Below are positions 51,249 through 64,000 of a stretch of 64,000 bases of DNA, in pieces. The notes below the pieces were generated by a model. That model saw only the letters and a program-made list of their open reading frames with translations. It ran no database searches and was not told the origin of the DNA. Both the position numbers and the translations under genes were made by a program. The number at the start of each line of letters is the position of its first letter. Position 1 is the first letter of the stretch. The stretch is from Pocillopora damicornis (lineage: Eukaryota), in the NCBI RefSeq assembly GCF_003704095.1, contig NW_020846357.1:186001-250000 (forward strand), read 5' to 3'.

Positions 51249-51459
51249 TCTCGAAATAAATGCCAATCAAGTATAAAGTGTTAGCCGATTTTTCAGTCAA
51301 AAGATGCGCGAATTTAAAATCTGAAAATATTGAAAACGAAAAGAATGATCGAAGAAATTTTCAGAATCTATTCCTTATTCGAATCAGTTTTAAGCTCTCC
51401 TTACGCTCATGATAAAGTCCTCTGTTTTCGGTTTTTTTTATATTTAAAGCTACAGAATA
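51249..51459 (+). repeat. Direct repeat, copy 2 (upstream of second GPCR)
   Basis: Paralogous to 49567-49783, offset 1682 bp. Confidence 0.9.
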
Positions 51460-52700
51460 TATATATGTAATTGACACGGTAATGCAATGAAATTCCCGTA
51501 AGCCAAATCAATTTTTTTGCTTGATGAAAATTGGAATTATTATTATCTTAAAGCTGCAGTGAGTGGTCGTAGTTTAAGAACACAACCTTGTCTCAGAAAT
51601 AGTTACTTGAGAATAAAAGATAAAATAATGCTGATGCATGTTTACTCGGGACGAAATAAATATTGAATTATTTAAGAAAACAGAAAAATAACTTTGCCCT
51701 CTCAGAACAAAAGGTGTTTCAAATTATATGCATAAAATATGACTTTAACCCCCAAGTGAAAGAACCAATCCGTGGGTATGTGTAATGATATTGTTCTAAT
51801 TGCCTTGAATGACGTTTACTTAAATATTGTCCTTTCAAGAAAATACCATTTCCTTGCTAGAAACTACTTGTGCTGCCAAGTGGAAGTCTCTTTTTCGGAA
51901 ATGGCTCTTTGAGCTTCTTTTTACATTGTCACGGTTATTACAAATCTTCCGAGACTTCTAAGGTCAGGACGAGAAAAGACATGTTTCATTTTATTCAACT
52001 CTACGTGAGGTTTGGGGGGCTGGGGGCGGAAGGGTTTGAGGAAAAAAATGGATTTGATGGCGTCATAAAACTCCTTGTCTACGCAAGAGGAGAGTAATGT
52101 TCCTTTAAACCTGTTTCGAAAATTTATGATTAAGTGTGTGTTTTCTATAGTGTCGACGGAAGTCGCAAACGTGTACATTTTGCGTCTTTGTAGTAAGCAG
52201 GAGCCTGTTGATATCGGCAGGCTCACGCTACGCCAGGTTCCCCAGGAATTTGTTTGGTGTACTTACTCACAGCAAATATCAGAGGTCTGACCCTTTTTTT
52301 CTTTTAATTATTTCATTTTATATTTACACACAATAGGCACTGTACAGCAATTTCACCGCGTACACTTTTCCCAGTTAAAAATTCTTTCCCAAACATAACC
52401 CTGTAAAGAAAATAAAGTGACATGAATAAATAAGAGAAGCGTTTCCCACGGACTTTGATTCGTACAGAGGAATTCATTAAACCACAATAAGAGAGCAAAA
52501 CAATTATTTGCATTTTAATCGCGATCAAAACAAAAGTTTTCGTGACATAAACAATTGACATTTGTCAATCATGGACCGCGCAAATCCGTTCAACACTCCA
52601 ATTACGTGTCACCTCTGATCATCATTAGAGACCAAAGTCGCTTAAATCAGACGAGAAAAGCATTTAAAACCGCCCTTTGTGATACTTTATTCCAAAGAAT

Positions 52701-57277
<4,577 letters not shown>

Positions 57278-57870
57278 AGAAAACACCCACACACACACAC
57301 ACCACATTATAGCATTCGCTATAACTTATGATCATTAGATTTACTTGCAAGATTTCAGCGAAAGGGTTCTTTATACAACTACTACATTTGCTGTCAAGTG
57401 TTCTATATAAACATGTTTCGCAAAACCGTTGCAAATAGTCAAATGAGTGCCGTAAATGCTGATTACGGATATAGTAAGTAGATGTACAACGAGGTTTCAC
57501 GCATTTTAAACCAAAATAAAATATCTCCATGGTCGAAAAAAAGGGTGACTAATTAATTGATTAATTTAAGATTGCGCGGTGGACTGGAAAGTTTTCTGAA
57601 GTTTTAAGATTTCATATGAAAGAGCTAAAAACAATTGACTCATAAAAGCAGCTGAAAACGGTTTTCCTGATTATCCTGGAAAGGATATGGAATGCGGTCT
57701 CTTGGTTGGTGCCCTGACAATTGGCTACTTTTTCCTATAAAATGTTCTGTCTATTAATACTCTTCATCATTAGCTGAACTATTCAAGATAAAAGAGACTC
57801 CCTAGTATATGATCAGCGAACTGTTACGGGTGCAAAGAATGGAAGGTGCAGACGACATTGTCTTTCACAG

Positions 57871-58392
57871 TTATTCCAGATATATGCCGTAAATTGTAGC
57901 CACAACAAACAGGGAGCCATTTTGAAACGAGGCCGTTGCGCATCTATCAAATCTTTCATCCAACAGACAGCGGCTGGTGATGCTCATTCCCTGACTTTGC
58001 TTCGATCCCAAATAAACCAAGCAAACAAACTTGAACCTGTTACAACCAAGCTCCGCTTTAACTTTATCTTTCAGTTCCTCACTCGCCTTCAACGCTAACT
58101 GTCGACATCTTTCTCGTTCGTATTTCATTCCATCGAATGTTCCATGCAAAATGTCCTCGGCCAGCTTACGGACTCTTTCGGAATTAAACGATGTGTCAGG
58201 CTTCATTTTAAATGAGTTTTCTAAACCCGGCGCGCTCAGTTTGAAGTTTTCTCCCTCCAATGAAAACAGAATAGAAGATTCTTGACTTGCTAAAGTCGAC
58301 TGACGTTGATTGTTCCCTGTTTTCTTCAACACTCCTCGGGGTAGACCTGTCGAGTATCCTTCCAAAGAAGCGCTATTAACAGAGCTTGTCAT
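57871..58392 (-). CDS. Dynein light chain Tctex-type protein (TCTEX1D1/DYNLT5-like), intronless
   Basis: ENSFKMKP, MKYE, RFKFVCLVYLG..QSQGM.ITSRCL.D..FD.CA...FQNGSLFVVATIYGIYLE fit the Tctex-1 domain with an N-terminal extension. Confidence 0.9.
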   Translation of the reverse strand: MTSSVNSASLEGYSTGLPRGVLKKTGNNQRQSTLASQESSILFSLEGENFKLSAPGLENSFKMKPDTSFNSERVRKLAEDILHGTFDGMKYERERCRQLALKASEELKDKVKAELGCNRFKFVCLVYLGSKQSQGMSITSRCLLDERFDRCATASFQNGSLFVVATIYGIYLE

Positions 58393-58473
58393 TACTTTAA
58401 TTGATTAGACAGTCTCGACTCCTGTACTTGTACAGCTTAAGACTTCAAACTTCTCAAAGAATTAACTGTATTT

Positions 58474-58486
58474 GTTTTCTGGCGAC
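58474..58486. promoter_or_regulatory. Candidate RFX X-box GTTTTCTGGCGAC upstream of Tctex gene
   Basis: About 80 bp upstream of the ATG; palindromic GTAACTATAGTTAC at 59109-59122 and forkhead-type TAAACA/TGTTTA at about 58547 and 58592. Confidence 0.35.
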
Positions 58487-60608
58487 ATGGAGTGAGAAAT
58501 TTCTGTTCGCATTTCTACAAAATCGTATACGAAAAGTTTACGTGACTAAACAGTTTTATTTTACCATAACCGTTCAGTCTTTGTTCCGGTCTGTTTATCT
58601 TTTAATTTTCAGTGATTCACTTTAGGAGAAAAAACCTTAATACGATTGTCCGATCGTTTAACATCTATAATCGATTGGAATGAAGATTCTCCATACTAAA
58701 CACCTCACATTTTCTTTTAGGAAACTTAGGAGTCTTGAAAATTTGAACCTTATCGTTCGCTGATGATTTATCATAGATTTTTTTCAAGCTTAGTTCCTTT
58801 CAAACCATTAATGTTACCAGAAGAAATCATAATTTGATCGATATCGCGGTGAGTTTTCATTAATCCACTATTCAGGATTAATATCTTCTTCAGAAAAAGC
58901 GTCATTAAGGAAGATTAGCCCCGACTTCGTAAATGCCTTTCTAAACAAAGCCCTTAAGCTTTACTTCCGTTGAGACTAAAGAATTTGCTAACTTTTTTTA
59001 AGTATATAAACCATAGACAAACTTAAGGCCTAATGTAAAGTCTGGTATCATTGTAATCCTTTGTATCTTAATTCCACCAAAACAAAACCACTCTAGAGAA
59101 TGTTTGCAGTAACTATAGTTACCAATTAGAATTAATTCAACCGCGTCAAGGTAAAAGTTGTTGTAGACAATTGATCAGTGAAAAAAGGGGGAAAGCGCAT
59201 GCGTGTTGTTCAAAGTACCCACAATATGGTTAACCAAAGTTACTGGTAATGATTTTCGTTTCTGAGTGAGATCCAAGGTTTTACAGGCAGTTAATCATTG
59301 CAGTGAAAAGAAGTGGCAAAGTTCATTTTGATTACAGAAGCAGTCACGACGCAAGTTCCCACTCTACTAGGAAAGCAATGATAAACCTCGAGCTTGATTG
59401 TTAAGAAGAGTTTCGTCTCAAATAGATGCGTTCATCATCCTACAAACGCGTTCTGACGGTTTCCGCTTAACTGTAGCGCAGATCACATTTCACTAAAAAA
59501 GAAGATTGTCTTCTTACGTTCAGAGCGAAATAGCAGAATCTGATAGAATCATAAGCGACTTCCATGTAAATTTTCACTAAAAAGGGTCGTTGAAAGAACT
59601 CCAAATAATGTAATCTGGGTTGTCTTTTAATTCCGCGCTCGACGAAACTGTTTCCTTATTCAATGTTGGAAATAAATGTGACAGGAGCGACCAGGAGGGA
59701 GAGTGAAAACTGATTTTTTTTTCCTCTGAGGGTGAAAAGATTACACTTTTCCCTTTTCTTACCCTATACCTGCTTTCTCTGATCCTGTCCCTCAGAACAC
59801 AGTTTAAAAACAGTCTCCATTTTGTATTAGGAGTAAAAAGTGTCACGTATCACGTGATCGACGTCTTGTGTGTTCGTGTCAGCGGGTTTCCCTTTCAAGA
59901 ACTTGATGCAATCACCAGAAAATTTCTTTATCTTTCTACAAATCTTCAACAACACGAGGGCAATCTCTTAACGACTATTCACAATTTCGTTGTACGAAGA
60001 GTTATCACTGTTTAATACAAGCAAAACATACTTTCTAGTCTTACAAGTTTAGCCAACAGTTAAAATAGTCATAACTCTGATCTTCACTATCATACTTAGT
60101 AGGCATTCTTTTAATGTTTTGGCAGTATCATTTCTGGTTTATAACTCAATCCCACTAAGAAGATATCAGTTGGGATTAGGTGATGATCTATACTGTTGGA
60201 AAGGATTGTGTGACAATCAGGTGGGGAAATTGTGTGACAATTATTGGAATGGAGAGCTTTGCAGGCCAAAAGAGATACTTTATGGGAGGTTCCACCTAAA
60301 CAGGTGGTAGTCCAGTTATTAACAGAACCACTGCCAACCCCTCTTTCCCCGTTTGATTAAAACAGGTTTCCTTAATATTTTCCTCAGTACTTTGGGAGGA
60401 GAAAGGCAAAGAAAGAAGTATGCTCTGAAATCAGTAAAATACTATGACATGATCTTAGTTAGTACTTTCCCTGTTTAATGCTCAATCAATGTCCTTCTAC
60501 ATAGAACGATGTTCAGAAAGGAGGACAGGATACCAGCATACTTTTCCTTGTGCCTCTCATTAGCAACTGCATTCCTTGAACAAATTTATTAACATCTAAG
60601 TGACCATT

Positions 60609-61412
60609 TTAAAACAGAAATGGAATCAGAGCTTTCCGATTTGCAGGATAATCAGGAAATTGCTCCTTATACCATCTGTGGTTATGCCTAGATCGTGGCA
60701 CTAATGTTGCACTAGAAAACAAAAACCACACGGTACCTGCCACTGACCATGTTCCCAAAGCCCAGCCAAACCATTCAAGCATTTCTCCAAAATAGTTTGG
60801 ACAAGAAATCTTGTGAAACAAACATCCGTTAGGTATGGAATACCCAGAACTGCTGTTTGCTCTAAGCTTGCGAAGTGATAAGTCTGCATAGCGGTTAATG
60901 ATATATCCTGTGACAAACATTATAACACCAATGATAAACCGTGGGTCTTTATAGTAGTCAGAGTCAAAAGAAGCAGCACCTATCCAATCAGCATTAAGAA
61001 AACTGTAGAGAAGGTTAGGGAAAAGCCCTCCTAATGGTATACCCAAAGGGGTCTTTGGACTGCTGTATTTCATGATCCATGGGTGAATAATTCCTCGGTG
61101 TACATAATGACAAAGCCATAAACAGTAAAATGTTATATTGGTGTATTCTGTGTGAGTCCCATAAAGAAAAAATACAAGTGAAAACAGAAGTACACCAGGA
61201 ATGGCATCTGATATTGTGTGTGCAAGTCTTTGATGAACCATTGGCCCAAATGATTGGTTAGATTTCTGGTGTCTTCCGTAAGGTGCTGGTTTTGTAGCTT
61301 GAGCTATAAATGTGATTACTGCCAAAAGAAAACCAAATGCACAGAGACCATAGTGAACCCAAAAGTGTGTTTTGTCGTCTTCAAAGGTCGTCCATGGTAA
61401 TGCATTCAGCAT
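60609..61412 (-). CDS. SRD5A1: 3-oxo-5-alpha-steroid 4-dehydrogenase (SRD5A1/2/DET2-like), copy 1, intronless CDS
   Basis: PYGRH, HYVHR, D..LRKLR, IP.G.LF..ISCPNYFGEMLEW.G, R..H.H.WY...F.DYP..RKALIPF; 5' UTR intron likely (acceptor about 61438, donor about 61752). Confidence 0.9.
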   Translation of the reverse strand: MLNALPWTTFEDDKTHFWVHYGLCAFGFLLAVITFIAQATKPAPYGRHQKSNQSFGPMVHQRLAHTISDAIPGVLLFSLVFFLYGTHTEYTNITFYCLWLCHYVHRGIIHPWIMKYSSPKTPLGIPLGGLFPNLLYSFLNADWIGAASFDSDYYKDPRFIIGVIMFVTGYIINRYADLSLRKLRANSSSGYSIPNGCLFHKISCPNYFGEMLEWFGWALGTWSVAGTVWFLFSSATLVPRSRHNHRWYKEQFPDYPANRKALIPFLF

Positions 61413-62742
61413 TGTTCATATAAAACGCTTCAAAGGCCTAAATTGAATTAATTTATAAAAGATCGTTAGCATGCCTTCTTTATTAGAGTCATACATTTTC
61501 CCCCAAAGTTCCTCGGTATTTTTCCCTTCAATTTACAGAAAACATCTATTAATTAGATCCTCTAAGCTAAAAATATCTAGTACCTGTTGCCATTTCAGTT
61601 CAGTGGAATGTTTATGCAAAATTTCCGCAATCACTGTTCGATCAATTGATCCCAAAACTTCACAGCATTTTCTCGACTTACGAATAAAAGAAGACAGCAA
61701 GGCACACCTGAAAAAGCCAGGTTAGTAGAGAAAGTAGAGATATTCACCTTACCTTTAGGTGGCTTGAAATATTAAGTTTTACCAAAATAAGATAGTTGTT
61801 CGATTATTGCTCAAACTAACTAGTACCCAAGCCACTAGAAAACAACAACCAACCTCGGTTGGGTGACTTGGGGTTCATTATGGATTATACAGCCATCTTT
61901 GAATCCGGCATACGTTCCACAACACCCACAAGCTCATTTAGCTGACAAAATTTTTTTCTTTCACTTTTTTTCTGTGTTCAGTCAATTTATTCACTACAAA
62001 AAGAACGACAATCATTGTTTTATTCTTTGTAAATAAACTACTTCTTCCAATATCACCTGGACCCCTCAGCTGGATTTGGTTGAAAACAAAGACAAATGTA
62101 ACCCAATTTCTTACTCTAAGCTTCCCAATGGGCCAAAAGGCACAATTTGGGGGGGTGAGGGGGCACTATACAGAAAGGATATGAAAGCAAAGCATGAAAG
62201 AACATTGTTGATATGCTTGGCTAGCTTTATAGACTAAGGTAAAAAAAATTCTAATCAGCAGGTTCTAAGTCAGGCAGTTCTGGCTCCTTTGAAAAAAACA
62301 TATTAATTTCAAGTTTATGGGAGTCAAATGGTTACTATCCTCAAAACCTTTTGCTGAAAGTTTTCAAACTTATCTTTAATGAAAGCTAAACTTGTCCAAG
62401 AAAGACAGTAGCAAACCTAGATCTGGTGTCTAGGCCTTTCTCCAGAGGTTAAGTAATTTTGCAGAGTGTCAAGTCATCCTTTATTGTTGTTACCACTAAG
62501 TCCACAAACTTATTTACTGGAGGGTGTCATCCTTCTGATGGCAAATTTCTCTTTTAGTAACATTCAGGGAAACATTGAGCAATTCTGAGATAAACTGTGT
62601 ATCATATCTTAAGAATTTAAGAAAAAAAGGAGCATATAGAATTTTAATTTTTTTGCTTTTTTATTGTTTCTACTACAACTGTTACACAATAGCAATCAAA
62701 TTTGTTCTGAATAATATTGACTGATATTAACATCAGTAAGGT

Positions 62743-63549
62743 TCAATACAAAAAGGGAATCAAAGCCTTTCGATTCTTAGGATAATCAGCAAACTTCTTT
62801 GTATACCATTCATGGTTGTCTCTGGCTCTTGGTATGAATGTGGCACTGGAAAACAACAACCAAACTACACCAGCTACAGACCATGTTGCTAATGCCCAGC
62901 CAAACCACTCAAGCATCTCACCAAAATAATTTGGACAGGAAATCAGGTCAAACAAGAATCCATGAGGTACATAGTATTTGGAACTATCTTCAGCTCTTAG
63001 TCTACGAAGTAACAAGTCTGCATAGCGGTTAATAAAATATCCTGCGACAAAAAACATGACACCCATGACAAAACATGGGTCTTTGTAGTAATACAAACCA
63101 TAGTCTGCAGTACCGATCCAATCAGCATTAAGGAAACTGTACAGAAGGTTAGGAAACAGTGCCCCCAAGGATATACCAACAGGGGTCTTTGGACTACTGT
63201 ATCGCATGATCCAGGGGTGGATAATTCCACGATGTAGGTAATGAGAGAGCCATATACAGTAAAATAACAAGTTGGTGGTTTCCTTCTTAATTCCATAGTG
63301 AAAAAATACAAGTGAAAACAGAAAGATTCCTGGGATAGCATCTGATACAGTGTGTGCAAGTCTTTGATGAACCAATGGGCCAAATGAATGGTTAGTTGTC
63401 TGATGTTTTCCATAAGGAGCTGGCTTCGCAGCCTGTGTTACATAGGTAATCACTGCCAGCAGAAAACCAAACGTGCAGAGACCATAGTGTACCCAGAAGT
63501 GGGTTGTTCCATAATCAAACGCTTTCCATGATGGATTAAGACTCAGCAT
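62743..63549 (-). CDS. SRD5A1: 3-oxo-5-alpha-steroid 4-dehydrogenase (SRD5A1/2/DET2-like), copy 2, intronless CDS
   Basis: Colinear tandem paralog of copy 1 with the same motifs and an intact ORF; 5' UTR intron likely (acceptor about 63566, donor about 63710). Confidence 0.9.
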   Translation of the reverse strand: MLSLNPSWKAFDYGTTHFWVHYGLCTFGFLLAVITYVTQAAKPAPYGKHQTTNHSFGPLVHQRLAHTVSDAIPGIFLFSLVFFHYGIKKETTNLLFYCIWLSHYLHRGIIHPWIMRYSSPKTPVGISLGALFPNLLYSFLNADWIGTADYGLYYYKDPCFVMGVMFFVAGYFINRYADLLLRRLRAEDSSKYYVPHGFLFDLISCPNYFGEMLEWFGWALATWSVAGVVWLLFSSATFIPRARDNHEWYTKKFADYPKNRKALIPFLY

Positions 63550-64000
63550 TGTTTGTACTGATGACCTGTCGAGGACAAAGTCATGGAAAACTTAATCTTA
63601 CGTAATATATTGTTTAGCCACATTTTAAGTATCTAAAACACCCGACACAGCAATTTTTCTGGAAAAAAGCACAGGTCAACAAGCATTCATGCAAATTGTG
63701 AGTGAGTTACCTGAAACGTTCTTCAATGCAATAGACTTCACCCTGCCCCGGCTGTTCCCGGCTACACTGATTGACCTCAGGAAATCTGCCTCGTATGAGC
63801 CCGTCAGCAAAGTCAGCACACAATAAGTTTTCCAACGAGCATGCGTAATTATGTGCAGCGGGAAAGACAAAAGTTTTACGTATCAAAACATTTTGCCAAA
63901 ATTTTGGAGGAAATCTGTTTGCAGAGCTGCTGATCGCTCCCGATTGCCTAGTTACACATGATTAGAAGTTTACTTTAAGTCCTCTGACCTCTCAGGGCCG

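Noticed and set aside
49567-51459. LTR retrotransposon carrying a GPCR
   Set aside because: Repeats lack TG...CA termini, PBS, PPT and TSD, and there is no gag/pol remnant.
51870-52561. Small ORFs between the GPCR and CYP, and at 2547-5072, 10042-11625 and 59577-60310
   Set aside because: Short, low-complexity, no domains or splice-consistent partners; the expected random ORFs in AT-rich intergenic DNA.
60609-63549. Bacterial horizontal transfer or contamination for the intronless reductases
   Set aside because: Apparent 5' UTR introns, composition like neighbouring genes, no Shine-Dalgarno or operon layout, and motifs matching eukaryotic SRD5A. A phylogeny would be needed to reopen this.

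Overview
Eukaryotic, intron-rich, AT-rich animal DNA from a gapped scaffold with many N runs. The repeat families and the intronless orphan GPCRs point to a scleractinian coral (inference). Eleven protein-coding genes can be supported, in order: FGGY carbohydrate kinase (-, 5' part only), an SMPDL3/acid-sphingomyelinase-like metallophosphoesterase (+), a class A GPCR (+), HEATR1/UTP10 (-, about 20.6 kb), SHOC1/C9orf84 (+, head-to-head with HEATR1), mitochondrial CLPP (-), a second GPCR (-), a clan-4 cytochrome P450 (+), a Tctex1-domain dynein light chain (-) and two tandem steroid 5-alpha-reductase-like genes (-). The most interesting non-coding signals are two paralogous box C/D snoRNA candidates in HEATR1 introns, which appear to pair with the 18S helix-31 region, and a Penelope/retrozyme-type minimal hammerhead motif inside a tandem duplication. 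There is also a clean Harbinger MITE and a GPCR bracketed by about 200-bp direct repeats. Protein oddities are a Ppn1-like GNND motif plus type II anchor in the phosphoesterase, a shared Gln-Glu to Ser-Asp change at the catalytic site of both SRD5A copies, and a CYP4 lacking the heme-linking Glu. No prokaryotic systems or CRISPR arrays are present. Exon boundaries were read by hand; family assignments come from recalled motifs, not database searches.
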